DNA from: Nitrospinaceae bacterium
Lineage (GTDB): Bacteria > Nitrospinota > Nitrospinia > Nitrospinales > Nitrospinaceae
NCBI GenBank assembly: GCA_965223665.1
Contig: OZ245011.1
Span: forward strand, 1,312,001-1,376,000
Direction of reading: 5' to 3'
Length of the DNA: 64,000 bases
The translations under genes were made by a program, and so were the position numbers. The notes under the pieces were generated by a model, which saw only the letters and a list, made by a program, of their open reading frames with translations, was not told where the DNA came from and ran no database searches. Below, one piece after another: positions 1 to 10,859 of the stretch (position 1 is the first letter of the stretch; every line of letters starts with the position of its first letter).

Positions 1-234
1 TGCATTGCAAAAAAATTATATTTCATATTTTTTAACCTAAGTGGGAATATAATTTTTTGTCTCTACCTAAAGATTTATTGTTTTTTTTCAAGAAAGACCC
101 AAAATTAAAAAAAAATTTTGGTACCGTCCGTTTTTTTAATAGAATGAGGCCTATCAAAAGGCGGGACTCATAAAACCAATGGTCCCTGAACATCATCAAC
201 AGTATTTTCTTAATAACCTACAAAGGAGCCACTT

Positions 235-585
235 ATGAAGGAATCTATTAACCATGGACTTTTTGCGATTGTGATGAGCCTGATAATTGTATTACCTAGT
301 ATAGTGGCAGCTGAACCAGCTAAAGATGTTGAAGCAGGGTGTGGAACAATTCAAGAATTAGATGATAAAAACCTTTGTAGGGCGTTTGAAATCGAAAAAA
401 CCAGAACTGACGAGCAAAGAAAAAATCGTTATCAAAATAAAGACCATAGCACCTATTATTGTTCAATAATTAAAAATAGGGATAAGCAAACTTTTTGTTT
501 TGCCGTGGTTGGTAGAAACAAGACCCAGTGTGGGTTAATAATTGATGCTAACTTAGAAAAAGAATGTAATTCAAAATTGAATTAA
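235..585 (+). CDS. Exported cysteine-repeat protein (three C-x11-C units), hypothetical
   Basis: AAGGAG RBS upstream; signal peptide ending SIVAA; six Cys arranged as three CxxIx8C repeats. Confidence 0.75.
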   Translation: MKESINHGLFAIVMSLIIVLPSIVAAEPAKDVEAGCGTIQELDDKNLCRAFEIEKTRTDEQRKNRYQNKDHSTYYCSIIKNRDKQTFCFAVVGRNKTQCGLIIDANLEKECNSKLN

Positions 586-926
586 ATTAGTTTCACCTTC
601 TCCATGGTTTGAAATTTAATTTATTCTTTATTTTAAGTCTAAATTTAAAACCCCAAGTATTTCAACGACGGGCTAATTGATTAAACTTTATTTTTCAATA
701 GGTTACGGAGTGCATAAATATTCTATAACTGTCTAGCATTTTCTTGCTTCCAACGCTTTCCAGTATTTTTCGTCCCCTCTTTTATCTGAACTTCGGTTTT
801 AAATTCAACTTTTTTAAAATTTACTATTTAGAGTTTCCTAATCCCTTTAGAAAAAATAATTTTATACTGGATTTTAATCTCAGATTTTTATATAAAATTA
901 TTGAAACAATATGAAAGAATATAATT

Positions 927-1460
927 ATGGAAACCTGGGATAATCAAAAAATACAAGGATATTGCCAAGAAGCCCTTGAAATTGCTGAGGAATATGGAGT
1001 GCAAGAGGGTCTTGCTTTTTTAATTGGAGAAAAGCTTTTTTCTTTAATGCAAGAATTGAAAACTGCAGAGTCTCATGTGAAATTTCTTTATAATGTGGAC
1101 GATCAAGGCAATATGGATAATATGATGGAAGGTGGAAACCCTGCTTACCGGGAAAGCTATACCATTGCTCTTCAAACCACCTATCAAAAATCATTTGAGA
1201 AAATAGAAGACTTAAAAAGACATGTAATAGATTTTAAAGAAGAAATTAGAGAAATTTTTGAACTTTCTGATATTGAAGAGTACTTAAACTCCTACCCAAG
1301 AATGGGCCAAAAAATTCAACCCCTTTACCAAGAGGACTTATTAAATCAAGAAGAAACCGACGGATTTAATGACATTGATGATGTATTGTTAGAAGTCGAT
1401 GATATATTTACGGTAGAGGAAATGAAAAGAATTTTGGTCAATAACGAGACAATGAATTAA
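927..1460 (+). CDS. Acidic hypothetical protein
   Basis: 177-aa ORF, D/E-rich, typical codon usage; no motif recognised. Confidence 0.7.
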   Translation: METWDNQKIQGYCQEALEIAEEYGVQEGLAFLIGEKLFSLMQELKTAESHVKFLYNVDDQGNMDNMMEGGNPAYRESYTIALQTTYQKSFEKIEDLKRHVIDFKEEIREIFELSDIEEYLNSYPRMGQKIQPLYQEDLLNQEETDGFNDIDDVLLEVDDIFTVEEMKRILVNNETMN

Positions 1461-1507
1461 GTGTGTCCACTTAGGTTTCCTCTCAAGTATTTGTCACGGA
1501 ACCATCT

Positions 1508-1666
1508 ATGAGGAAACTCAACCAAAAAACTCGATTTATTATCGCCTTCGTTATTCTTTGTGCTGTGACAGTTGGCATTTTATTTACCGGACCAGAATTT
1601 AATTTTGCTCTCCAGGTTATTTTAACCTCTCTACTCTTGTTTTTTCTATTTTGGCTTGTTACCTAA
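1508..1666 (+). CDS. Small two-TM membrane protein (52 aa), not in ORF track
   Basis: Manual translation MRKLNQKTRFIIAFVILCAVTVGILFTGPEFNFALQVILTSLLLFFLFWLVT; basic N-terminus, two hydrophobic stretches; fills the gap between genes. Confidence 0.55.
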   Translation: MRKLNQKTRFIIAFVILCAVTVGILFTGPEFNFALQVILTSLLLFFLFWLVT

Positions 1667-1725
1667 CTCAAAATATTTGGTTAAGAATCACCCTGATATA
1701 AGTTTTTCTCTTCAATCCAATAAAT

Positions 1726-2283
1726 TTATTTTAATAACAAATTAACTACTGCAACTCCAATTGCAAAAATTGAGATTCCCAAAGCAATCATTGCTATTTG
1801 CTTTATTGAAATCAACCTTTGGTCCGTTTCTGATTTAAAACCCTTCAAAGATTCTTCAATCTGATTCTTCAGTTTATTTTCTATTTGTTTCTCAATTTCC
1901 CTCAAGGGTTCAACTAAATTTTCCTTTATTTGACTATCCAATTCATTCAATAATTTTTGATTTAAAGTTTCCGATTTTTTTTCAATTTCTTCTTGGACAA
2001 CCAATACAGCGTCATTCTTCCAGAGATCCATTTGTTTTTTAATTACATCTAATTGATCCTGGATTATTCCCTTAAGTTTTGGCTCAATATTCTCCTGTAC
2101 TCGCTCCAGCATATCTCGAGCATTTTGAATGGCCTCATGTAAACTTTCTTCAATTTCCTCCTCTAGAGCATTTTTTCTGGATTCTACATGCTCTGAAAGA
2201 ATTTCGGTTTTCTCCTTTAAATCCGCCAATACCTTTAAGGTTTGTCGCGCTCGCTGTTCCTCTTCAGGGGAAAATTGTGTCAT
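1726..2283 (-). CDS. Coiled-coil protein with C-terminal membrane anchor
   Basis: E/K/Q/L-rich helical body; hydrophobic tail IAMIALGISIFAIGVAVVNLLL. Confidence 0.75.
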   Translation of the reverse strand: MTQFSPEEEQRARQTLKVLADLKEKTEILSEHVESRKNALEEEIEESLHEAIQNARDMLERVQENIEPKLKGIIQDQLDVIKKQMDLWKNDAVLVVQEEIEKKSETLNQKLLNELDSQIKENLVEPLREIEKQIENKLKNQIEESLKGFKSETDQRLISIKQIAMIALGISIFAIGVAVVNLLLK

Positions 2284-2391
2284 AAATGCATTCCTTGTAA
2301 AAACAATTCATTTTCTTAATAAGATGATAAATATTTAAATGGATTTCAGATTTTAACGTTATTTTTTTGAGTTACTCAAAAAACCTCAACC

Positions 2392-2420
2392 TTGACTTCA
2401 TAAATTCAGAACGGTACAGT
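2392..2420 (+). promoter_or_regulatory. Putative sigma70 promoter of the xerC-hslVU-argB operon
   Basis: TTGACT (2392-2397), 17-nt spacer, TACAGT (2415-2420), 30 nt before the xerC start. Confidence 0.55.
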
Positions 2421-2450
2421 GTAATTATTTAAAACTCAAAGGGTTAGGGC

Positions 2451-3392
2451 TTGGAAACATTTATTGAAAAATTTAAAATTTACCTGATTGCAGAAAAAAA
2501 CGCATCTAAAAATACGGTTTCAGCTTATTTGACGGATTTAAGTCAATTCAATATTTTCCTAAAAGACTCCGGCCATGCCTGTGATATGGATGGAAATATA
2601 GAAATTTCCAAAATTGATCGCATTGCATTACGATCCTACCTGGCTTCATTAAATAAAGAATCAATTTCTCCAATAAGCCAGGCACGAAAACTATCTGCCA
2701 TAAGTTCATTCTTGAATTTTCTTTGCCGTGAAGGATTTCTTAGCAATAATATTGCGAAAACAATTCCAATTCCACCTAAACCCAAAAAACTTCCAAGATA
2801 TCTCACAGTCGATGAAATTTTTAAACTTTTAAAAATTCCTAATAAAAAGACCTTTATTAGTACTCGTGACAAAGCAATATTAGAAACATTTTATTCTACG
2901 GGGATGAGAATTAGCGAATTGGCTCAACTATCTCTTTCTGATCTCTCTCTAGAAAGAGGTTTTACTAAGGTATTAGGGAAAGGCAGAAAAGAACGTGTTT
3001 TGCCAATAGGGAAAAAAGCTTTAAATGCAATAAAAGAATATATTTTATTTAGAGAAGAATTACTTAAAGAAAAAAAAATTACTACCCCCCCAACTACAAT
3101 TTTCTTGAATACCCGTGCGGCAGGATTAACTACTCGGGGATTGCGCAAAGTTATGCAAAAATATTTAAATCATTTCCAAAGAGGACTTTCCCCGCATTCT
3201 TTAAGGCATTCCTTCGCTACCCATTTATTGGATAGCGGGGCCGATTTACGATCCATTCAGGAAATGCTTGGGCACGCAAGCTTGTCCACAACTCAAAAGT
3301 ATACTCATGTCACGGTGGATCGCCTCATCGAAACTTATGAGAAATCCCACCCCAGGTCAAAAACTGAGGATGAGATTTCCGAAAAACCATGA
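2451..3392 (+). CDS. xerC: Tyrosine recombinase XerC
   Basis: TGMRISE, HSLRHSFATHLL and LGHASLSTTQKY catalytic motifs; classic position upstream of hslVU. Confidence 0.9.
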   Translation: METFIEKFKIYLIAEKNASKNTVSAYLTDLSQFNIFLKDSGHACDMDGNIEISKIDRIALRSYLASLNKESISPISQARKLSAISSFLNFLCREGFLSNNIAKTIPIPPKPKKLPRYLTVDEIFKLLKIPNKKTFISTRDKAILETFYSTGMRISELAQLSLSDLSLERGFTKVLGKGRKERVLPIGKKALNAIKEYILFREELLKEKKITTPPTTIFLNTRAAGLTTRGLRKVMQKYLNHFQRGLSPHSLRHSFATHLLDSGADLRSIQEMLGHASLSTTQKYTHVTVDRLIETYEKSHPRSKTEDEISEKP

Positions 3393-3464
3393 TAAAAATA
3401 AGATTAATAGGTTACTCACTTTAAAAACAAATCCAATTTTTTACAATAGCATCAAAATAAGCTT

Positions 3465-4007
3465 ATGACTGAAAATCACAAAATTCACGGGACTACTATT
3501 TTAGTTGTCCGGCACAAAGGAAAGGTTGCAATGGCTGGCGACGGACAAGTTACCCTGGGCCACACAGTAATGAAACATTCGGCCAGCAAAGTTCGACGAA
3601 TGTACCACGATAAAATAATTGGTGGTTTTGCAGGTGCAACGGCGGATGCCTTTTCTCTTTTTTCAAGGTTTGAAGAAAAACTGGAAAAATTTAACGGCAA
3701 CCTTTCCCGTTCCGCTGTGGAACTTGCAAAAGATTGGCGGACCGACAAATTGCTTAGAAGACTAGAGGCAATGCTTTTGGTGGCCGATAAAAATAATTCA
3801 TATGTTATTTCAGGAACAGGTGATGTTGTGGAACCGGATGATGGAATTGTTGGAATTGGTTCCGGAGGAATGTACGCACAAGCTGCAGCAAAAGCCTTAG
3901 TTAAGCATTCTAATTTAGAAGCTGTCCAGATTGTTGAAGAAGCCATGAATGTAGCCCAATCAATTTGTATATATACCAATTCTCACCTAACACTTGAGGA
4001 GTTGTAA
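3465..4007 (+). CDS. hslV: ATP-dependent protease subunit HslV
   Basis: HGTTILVVR (catalytic Thr), [21 protein letters not shown]. Confidence 0.97.
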   Translation: MTENHKIHGTTILVVRHKGKVAMAGDGQVTLGHTVMKHSASKVRRMYHDKIIGGFAGATADAFSLFSRFEEKLEKFNGNLSRSAVELAKDWRTDKLLRRLEAMLLVADKNNSYVISGTGDVVEPDDGIVGIGSGGMYAQAAAKALVKHSNLEAVQIVEEAMNVAQSICIYTNSHLTLEEL

Positions 4008-4009
4008 AA

Positions 4010-5428
4010 ATGGAAGAATCAACCCTGAAACTTTCTCCTCCCAAAAAAAGCAATCGAGAAGAATTGATGGAAAAGCTGACCCCAAAACAGATTGTTCGGG
4101 AACTGGATAACTATATTGTTGGACAGAATAAGGCAAAACGAGCGGTGGCCATTGCACTTCGAAACCGCTGGCGTCGTCAACAACTACCTGCCGAATTAAG
4201 AGATGAGGTGGCTCCAAAAAATATTCTTATGATAGGACCAACGGGTGTAGGAAAAACAGAAATTGCACGAAGGTTGGCAAAGTTAGCTAAATCTCCTTTC
4301 ATTAAAGTAGAAGCATCAAAATACACTGAAGTCGGCTACGTAGGAAGGGACGTTGAGTCCATGATACGGGACTTAGTTGAGTTATCTCGTGGAATCGTTA
4401 AACAGGAGATGGAAACCTCTGTACAGGAAAAAGCAAAAAAGGAAGCCGAGGAACGTATATTGGATATATTGCTACCACCTCACCCAAGCCATCAATCAGC
4501 CGGCCAACCAGGAAATGAAGGAGCCACTTTGGGTAAACAACACTATGATGAAACTCGAGAAAAGTTTCGTCGTTACCTTCATGAAGGAGCTCTGGACGAA
4601 AGAGAAGTTGAATTAGAAATTCAAGAAAAATCCGGTCCGATGTTTGAGGTGGTATCTCAACCAGGTATGGAAGAGATGGACAACAATATTAAAGACATGT
4701 TGGGTAATTTTTTACCCAAACGTAAAAAAAGAAAAAAACTTAAAGTTCCACAAGCAATGCAAATTTTAACTCAGGAAGAGGCTGACAAACTTGTGGACCC
4801 TGATAAAGTCATCCAAGAAGCTTTAGAACGAGCAGAACAAAATGGAATTATTTTTATAGATGAGGTTGATAAAATTACGGGTCGCCAAGGGGGTATGCAA
4901 GGGCCTGATGTGTCCAGAGAAGGGGTTCAACGTGACTTATTACCCATCGTAGAAGGATCTTCTATTAACACAAAATATGGCATCGTTAAAACAGATCACA
5001 TTTTATTTATCTCCGCTGGAGCATTCCATTCAGCCAAACCTTCTGATTTAATTCCGGAGTTTCAGGGCCGATTTCCGATTCGCGTAGAACTGGAATCACT
5101 TACCCAAAAGGATTTTTTTCGGATTTTAACCGAACCCGACAATGCACTTATTAAGCAATACGTTGCACTGTTAAAAACCGAAGGAGTAGATTTAAACGTT
5201 GACGAAAGTGCTATTCGTGAAATTGCTCAAATGTCTGCCGAGGTCAATGAGCGAACAGAAAATATCGGTGCAAGAAGACTCCAAACGGTTTTAGAAAAAT
5301 TGTTAGAGGAAGTATCTTTTGAAGCCTCCGACTTAGAAGACAAAAAAGTTCATATAAACTCAAATTATGTTCAAGAAAAATTAAAAAACATTATCGAGAA
5401 CGAAGATTTAAGCCGTTACATTCTATAA
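4010..5428 (+). CDS. hslU: ATP-dependent protease ATPase subunit HslU
   Basis: [51 protein letters not shown]-terminal DLSRYIL. Confidence 0.97.
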   Translation: MEESTLKLSPPKKSNREELMEKLTPKQIVRELDNYIVGQNKAKRAVAIALRNRWRRQQLPAELRDEVAPKNILMIGPTGVGKTEIARRLAKLAKSPFIKVEASKYTEVGYVGRDVESMIRDLVELSRGIVKQEMETSVQEKAKKEAEERILDILLPPHPSHQSAGQPGNEGATLGKQHYDETREKFRRYLHEGALDEREVELEIQEKSGPMFEVVSQPGMEEMDNNIKDMLGNFLPKRKKRKKLKVPQAMQILTQEEADKLVDPDKVIQEALERAEQNGIIFIDEVDKITGRQGGMQGPDVSREGVQRDLLPIVEGSSINTKYGIVKTDHILFISAGAFHSAKPSDLIPEFQGRFPIRVELESLTQKDFFRILTEPDNALIKQYVALLKTEGVDLNVDESAIREIAQMSAEVNERTENIGARRLQTVLEKLLEEVSFEASDLEDKKVHINSNYVQEKLKNIIENEDLSRYIL

Positions 5429-5434
5429 TTACCC

Positions 5435-6319
5435 ATGAAACAAAGTATTCAAAAAGCTGAAATTTTAATTGAAGCACTTCCCTTTATTAAACGCTTTTAC
5501 GACAAAACCATTGTCATTAAGTATGGAGGTAATGCAATGGTGTCGGAAGAGTTAAAGAATAACTTTGCGCTGGATGTAGTGATGATGAAATATATCGGTA
5601 TCAATCCAGTAATTGTTCATGGGGGTGGTCCTCAGATAGGTAAAACCCTTGAAGTTTTTGGAATTCAATCTAAATTCATTGACGGACAAAGAGTTACCAG
5701 TGAAGAAATGATTGATATTATAGAAATGGTACTGGGAGGAAAAATCAATCAAGATATAGTCTCTCTAATTAATTCACATGGAGGAAATGCTGTTGGCATT
5801 ACTGGAAAAGATGGGGGTTTAATTCAAGCAAAACGATTCCGTGCCAAAAAAAAATCTCCTGAAACGAATCGCCCTGAAATCATCGATCTTGGATTAGTCG
5901 GTGATATAACAAATATTAATTCCAGCATACTCCACACATTAGATCATGCTGAATTTATTCCGGTAATTGCACCTATAGGCCAAGGGGAAAAAGGAGAGAC
6001 CCTGAACATCAATGCCGATTTTGTTGCATCAAAAATTGCTTCCGCATTAAAAGCTGAAAAGCTGTTACTGATGACCGATATTGAAGGAGTAAAGGGTAAA
6101 GATAAAAAGTTGATTTCAGGGTTGAACCATAAACAAGCTCAAAATTTGATTAAAACAAAAGTTATAAAAGACGGAATGGTTCCCAAAGTAAAATGCTGCC
6201 TGGATGCTTTGAAAGCTGGTGTTCAAAAAACCCACATTATTGATGGGCGCATAAAACATGCAATCCTTCTAGAAATGTTCACCAAAGAAGGAATTGGAAC
6301 ACAAATTGTGGAAAAATGA
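5435..6319 (+). CDS. argB: Acetylglutamate kinase
   Basis: VIKYGGNAM, VHGGGPQI, NINAD, GMVPK, HIIDGR motifs. Confidence 0.95.
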   Translation: MKQSIQKAEILIEALPFIKRFYDKTIVIKYGGNAMVSEELKNNFALDVVMMKYIGINPVIVHGGGPQIGKTLEVFGIQSKFIDGQRVTSEEMIDIIEMVLGGKINQDIVSLINSHGGNAVGITGKDGGLIQAKRFRAKKKSPETNRPEIIDLGLVGDITNINSSILHTLDHAEFIPVIAPIGQGEKGETLNINADFVASKIASALKAEKLLLMTDIEGVKGKDKKLISGLNHKQAQNLIKTKVIKDGMVPKVKCCLDALKAGVQKTHIIDGRIKHAILLEMFTKEGIGTQIVEK

Positions 6320-6445
6320 AGCCCTCCCTTTCGTATCTATTTTCCAACCAAATTCTTAAAAAATGTTGAGTTTTTTCTAAAAAATTTGATTAATCATTCA
6401 TAATTATATAAAAATTACCGAATAAATTAAGATGGGCAACATCTG

Positions 6446-6474
6446 TTGACAATACCTCCTGTCATTGATAGGTT
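6446..6474 (+). promoter_or_regulatory. Putative sigma70 promoter of hrcA-grpE
   Basis: Perfect TTGACA (6446-6451), 17-nt spacer, TGn-TAGGTT extended -10 (6469-6474). Confidence 0.55.
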
Positions 6475-6515
6475 AAAAAAATGAGAACATCGGTAAATTT
6501 TTATTTAATCAGCCT

Positions 6516-7571
6516 ATGAACGCAAAACTTTTGGATCCTAGATCTCGTACCATTTTGCTGGAGACTATAAATGATTATGTCACTACAGCGGAACCTGTTG
6601 GGTCCAGGACTCTTGCAAAAAAATTATCTGAAAGATGGAGCTCAGCAACAATAAGGAATGTAATGGCAGATTTAGAGGAAATGGGTTTTCTATACCAACC
6701 CCATGTTTCCGCCGGAAGAATTCCTACAGATAAAGGCTACCGTTATTTTGTCAATGAGCTCTTACAATTGCATTCTTTGACAGCGGAAAAAAACACCATT
6801 TTGGAAAATAGTACTTCAGATTTTAAGGATGATGAAAGCTTAGCTGCCTTCTTGGGTGCTGCGTGTACTCAATTATCAAAGAATGCCAGTCAAACCAGCT
6901 TGGTAATGGTTCCCACTTTTAGTAATCTCCCTTTGAAACATATTGAATTTGTTCAGGTAAATAACAAACAAATTCTAGCAGTGTTTGTTTCACAAATTGG
7001 AATCATTCAAAATAGAATAATTGAATCTCAGGAAGACTATTCAGCAGAAAAGTTAGCTTCTATCTCGAAATATTTATCCTCCGAATTCACCGGACAGTCA
7101 TTGGATTCTATTCGTAATGAATTAGTCGAGCGAATGAAAAATGAAAGAGAACACTATAGCCAACTAATGAAAAAAGCAGCAGAACTTTGGGAAAAAGCTA
7201 CGGTAAAATCGAGAGGAGAAGACAAATTATTGATCGAAGGTTTAAATCATCTTCTTTCTCCACCAGAATTAGCTGCTAATTTAGATAAAATGAAAGCTCT
7301 GTTTAAAACGGTTGAGGAAAAAGATAAATTGATAAAACTATTGGATCTTTGTACTCAAAAAAATGGGATGTCCATTGTAATTGGTCAGGAAAACTCTGAA
7401 GAAGAAATGCAAGGATGCAGCTTGATTGCCCAAAACTATCAAGTGGGAGATCATACTATGGGAACCCTTGCTGTTTTTGGTCCTAAACGGATGGACTACC
7501 ATAAAATGATCAATCTGGTAAATTCAACAGCTAACAACATATCCGAATTTCTTTCAAAAAAATCGCACTAG
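6516..7571 (+). CDS. hrcA: Heat-inducible transcription repressor HrcA
   Basis: AEPVGSRTL, SSATIRNVMADLE, QPHVSAGRIPTDKGYRYFV, GPKRMDY. Confidence 0.95.
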   Translation: MNAKLLDPRSRTILLETINDYVTTAEPVGSRTLAKKLSERWSSATIRNVMADLEEMGFLYQPHVSAGRIPTDKGYRYFVNELLQLHSLTAEKNTILENSTSDFKDDESLAAFLGAACTQLSKNASQTSLVMVPTFSNLPLKHIEFVQVNNKQILAVFVSQIGIIQNRIIESQEDYSAEKLASISKYLSSEFTGQSLDSIRNELVERMKNEREHYSQLMKKAAELWEKATVKSRGEDKLLIEGLNHLLSPPELAANLDKMKALFKTVEEKDKLIKLLDLCTQKNGMSIVIGQENSEEEMQGCSLIAQNYQVGDHTMGTLAVFGPKRMDYHKMINLVNSTANNISEFLSKKSH

Positions 7572-7585
7572 GAAAACCAATCATA

Positions 7586-8245
7586 ATGACAAACAATAAC
7601 GAAGAAAATCAAGAGAATCCAATAAATGATGAAAACGCGGAAGATTCAGAAATTCTACCTGAAGAAGAGGTAATCCAAGAGGAATTAAGTGAACTTGATC
7701 AAACTAAACTTGAGCTTTCTAAAAAGGATGATGAGATAAAAAACTTTAAAGAAGAAATGCTGCGACAACGTGCAGAATTAGAAAATTATCGTAAGCGCCT
7801 TCAAAAAGATAAACAAGATAGCATTCAATATGCTAATGAACGACTGATTAAAGACCTGATCCCCATTTACGAAAATTTACTCCGCGCTTTAGATGCCCCC
7901 GATAACAATCCAGAAAGTCTTAAAGAAGGGGTTCAAATGATCTCCGACCAATTTTTGTCTTTTTTGAAAAAAGAAAAAGTTGAACCCATTAAGGCAGTCA
8001 ATGAAAAGTTTGACCCCGCCTTTCATGAAGTGATGACTCAAATGGAGTCTGAGGAGCATGAAGAGGGCATCGTGATTCAAGAATACTCACGGGGTTATTT
8101 ATTAAACGGTCGTGTTATTTCACCATCTAAAGTTGTGATTTCGAAAAAACCCGCTCCTGATGATAAAGCAACAAACAGCAACGGTGAAGAATCTCAAGAA
8201 AAAAAATCAGGTGACACTTCCCCTGAGACAGAAATTTCTGCTTAG
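7586..8245 (+). CDS. grpE: Nucleotide exchange factor GrpE
   Basis: RAELENYRKR, FDPAFHEVM, GYLLNGRVI; follows hrcA. Confidence 0.95.
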   Translation: MTNNNEENQENPINDENAEDSEILPEEEVIQEELSELDQTKLELSKKDDEIKNFKEEMLRQRAELENYRKRLQKDKQDSIQYANERLIKDLIPIYENLLRALDAPDNNPESLKEGVQMISDQFLSFLKKEKVEPIKAVNEKFDPAFHEVMTQMESEEHEEGIVIQEYSRGYLLNGRVISPSKVVISKKPAPDDKATNSNGEESQEKKSGDTSPETEISA

Positions 8246-8264
8246 TTGAGGTGATCAGTATCCC

Positions 8265-9083
8265 ATGCCTGAGCTTCCTGAAGTTGAAACTCTTCGAAGG
8301 GCGCTCCTTCCAATAATCCTCAATAAAAAACTCTTACAGCTTAAGTTTTATCGCCCCGATCTGAGGTTTCCCATCCCAAAAGAAACCCTGGAAGAAAACA
8401 TGAGTAATTCCAAAATAAAAGATATAACCCGTGTCGGCAAATATTTACTTATTCATAACGATGAAGGTGCCATGGGATGGCATTTGGGTATGAGTGGGCG
8501 GGTAATTCAAAGAGATAGTCTAAAGCCATTGGAAAAGCATACCCATGCGGCCTTTAAATTTTCCCCTTCTACTTTTCTCCACTTTGTAGATCCTCGGCGT
8601 TTTGGAAGTATTTTTTGGGTGGATAAAGACAAAGGTCACTCTTTAATAAACCATCTGGGACCAGATCCATTGTCTCCAAATACAACCGCAACAATCCTTA
8701 AGGAAGCTGCAAAAAAATGTAAAGGTCCCATCAAGGGGTTTTTGATGAACGCAAATCGATTGGCTGGCATAGGAAATATCTATGCTTGCGAAACTTTGTT
8801 TTCCATCTCTATGAACCCTAAGAAACCTGCTTACCGGCTCACCCTTCCCGATTGGGAGAAATTATTGGATGCTTTGAGAACAACTTTAAAAAAAAGTATT
8901 GCCGCAGGAGGTACAACTTTAAAAGATTTCTTTAGCACTGATGGAGCACCGGGATATTTCGCCCTGAACTTATCTGTTTATGGAAAAGAAGGAAAGCCCT
9001 GCCCTCGTTGTCAATCTCCCATTTGCCGTAAAGTCCATTCCGGAAGATCCACGTTTTATTGTAAAATTTGCCAAAAGCGTTAA
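8265..9083 (+). CDS. mutM: Formamidopyrimidine-DNA glycosylase
   Basis: N-terminal PELPEVET, HLGMSG, GIGNIYACE, zinc finger CPRC...CKICQ. Confidence 0.96.
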   Translation: MPELPEVETLRRALLPIILNKKLLQLKFYRPDLRFPIPKETLEENMSNSKIKDITRVGKYLLIHNDEGAMGWHLGMSGRVIQRDSLKPLEKHTHAAFKFSPSTFLHFVDPRRFGSIFWVDKDKGHSLINHLGPDPLSPNTTATILKEAAKKCKGPIKGFLMNANRLAGIGNIYACETLFSISMNPKKPAYRLTLPDWEKLLDALRTTLKKSIAAGGTTLKDFFSTDGAPGYFALNLSVYGKEGKPCPRCQSPICRKVHSGRSTFYCKICQKR

Positions 9084-9123
9084 CTTGTCTTGCCAAATTT
9101 GGAATTTCATATTTTAATGAGGC

Positions 9124-10764
9124 ATGCCATTATCAATTGGAATTGTCACCTTAAACGCTAAGTTCATTCATACCTCTCTTAGCATAAGATATTTAAGAAA
9201 TGCTGCACGTGCTGCAAATTTTGAGAATGTATGGATTCAGGAATTTACAATTCACCAACCCATTTGGAAAATCGCGGCAGAAATTGATCGGTGCAAACCC
9301 GACATTCTAGGAATTAGTATTTATATTTGGAATCGCAAACAAAGTTTTGAGCTCATTGACTATTTAAAAAAACAAAAACCGGAGTTAATAGTTGTTATTG
9401 GGGGCCCGGAAGTTTCCTTTGAGCCACAATTATCAAAGGATTATTTCATTATTTCAGGTGAAGGTGAATCCAAATGGGTTGAATGCCTTAACTATTTAAA
9501 AAAAGGTGAAAAGCCATCTAAAGAAGTTCAATTTCGCTGGAACTCTTATGGAGAGGATTTGCCGGAGTTATACCCTGCCTATATTGATGAGGATTTTTCA
9601 AAATTAAAACACCGTTACGGATATATTGAGTCCTCCAGAGGCTGCCCGTACCTTTGCTCTTTCTGCATTTCCGCTCTTGATAAATCGGTAAGGTACTTTA
9701 ACGAAGAAACTATTTACCGCCAAATAAAAAGTTTGTTAAATGCAGGCATAAAAAAAATCAAGTTTGTGGATCGCACTTTTAATCTTAATCCCCATCGGAT
9801 GAAAAATTTAATGCAATGGCTTTCTAAGCGACTGGAAGCAGAATATCATTTCGAAGTAGTAGGAGATTTATTAACTGATGACATGTTCCAATTTCTCAAA
9901 ACAATGCCACGGGGATTATTCCAGTTTGAAATAGGAATTCAATCTACGGATAACGAGACACAATCTATAATTCAGCGGAAGCAGAACAAGGAAAAGTTAC
10001 TCCAGTCCATTAAAAAATTAATCGAGCAAGATAATATTCATATTCATTGCGATTTAATATTTGGATTGCCTGGGGAATCCTTGCAACAAAATTTAAATTC
10101 CTTTAGCGAAATTTTTGAGTTAGGACCACACGAATTACAACTTGGATTTTTAAAATTTTTACCTGGAACTCCCATTAAAGAAAAAATTGATTCTCATCAA
10201 TATCAGTTTATGACTGGCCCTCCCTATGAAATTGTTTCAAACAAGGATTTATCCGCTCAAGAAGTTTTATATTTGAAAAAATTTGAGGAAGCCTTTGATC
10301 TATTTTATAACTCCAAAAGATTTACATTTTCGATTGATCATTTATCCAATAAATATACAGCCATTGAAATTTTTGATCGGCTTTCGAAATCAATGGAAAA
10401 AAATAACGCCTTTTTGAATCCAACCTCGTTGGATAGTCAATACAAATTATTTGAAGAGACCTTTTCTTCTTCTAGAGAACCGTTGACTTTGGATATTCTA
10501 AAATTAGATTATTTGTATCATCAGAGGACCTATCGCCTTCCAGATTTCCTGCAAACTTCCTGGCCGAACGGTGGCAAATCTCAACCTTCTACTTGGTCGG
10601 GGGACCGGAAAACCCCCATATTTCCCTTTCACCATGAAATAAAATTGAATGGACGTTTCACTCAATTTAAACCCGTCGGCGACCCCATTTTATATGCAAT
10701 TGCTCATCCTCCCAAATCATCCGGTTATTTTGATGAACCTAAAATTGTTCGAATCGAAGCTTAA
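9124..10764 (+). CDS. B12-binding radical SAM protein
   Basis: N-terminal cobalamin-binding-type domain (SIYIWN, GGPEVS); SRGCPYLCSFC CxxxCxxC; FVDRTFN; DLIFGLPGE. Confidence 0.88.
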   Translation: MPLSIGIVTLNAKFIHTSLSIRYLRNAARAANFENVWIQEFTIHQPIWKIAAEIDRCKPDILGISIYIWNRKQSFELIDYLKKQKPELIVVIGGPEVSFEPQLSKDYFIISGEGESKWVECLNYLKKGEKPSKEVQFRWNSYGEDLPELYPAYIDEDFSKLKHRYGYIESSRGCPYLCSFCISALDKSVRYFNEETIYRQIKSLLNAGIKKIKFVDRTFNLNPHRMKNLMQWLSKRLEAEYHFEVVGDLLTDDMFQFLKTMPRGLFQFEIGIQSTDNETQSIIQRKQNKEKLLQSIKKLIEQDNIHIHCDLIFGLPGESLQQNLNSFSEIFELGPHELQLGFLKFLPGTPIKEKIDSHQYQFMTGPPYEIVSNKDLSAQEVLYLKKFEEAFDLFYNSKRFTFSIDHLSNKYTAIEIFDRLSKSMEKNNAFLNPTSLDSQYKLFEETFSSSREPLTLDILKLDYLYHQRTYRLPDFLQTSWPNGGKSQPSTWSGDRKTPIFPFHHEIKLNGRFTQFKPVGDPILYAIAHPPKSSGYFDEPKIVRIEA

Positions 10765-10859
10765 CAGTATATTTTATTTTCAATTTTTTATTGGTCAGTA
10801 TATGATTGGTAGTTTATACAACCAAAACCAACCACTCGATTATTTCTAAAGGAATGGCT

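Noticed and set aside
2451-3392. Tyrosine recombinase as a prophage or island integrase
   Set aside because: Sits in the conserved xerC-hslV-hslU context with no att sites or phage genes; housekeeping XerC
9124-10764. B12 radical SAM protein as a RiPP methyltransferase
   Set aside because: About 35 kb from the cluster, in housekeeping context, with no adjacent precursor
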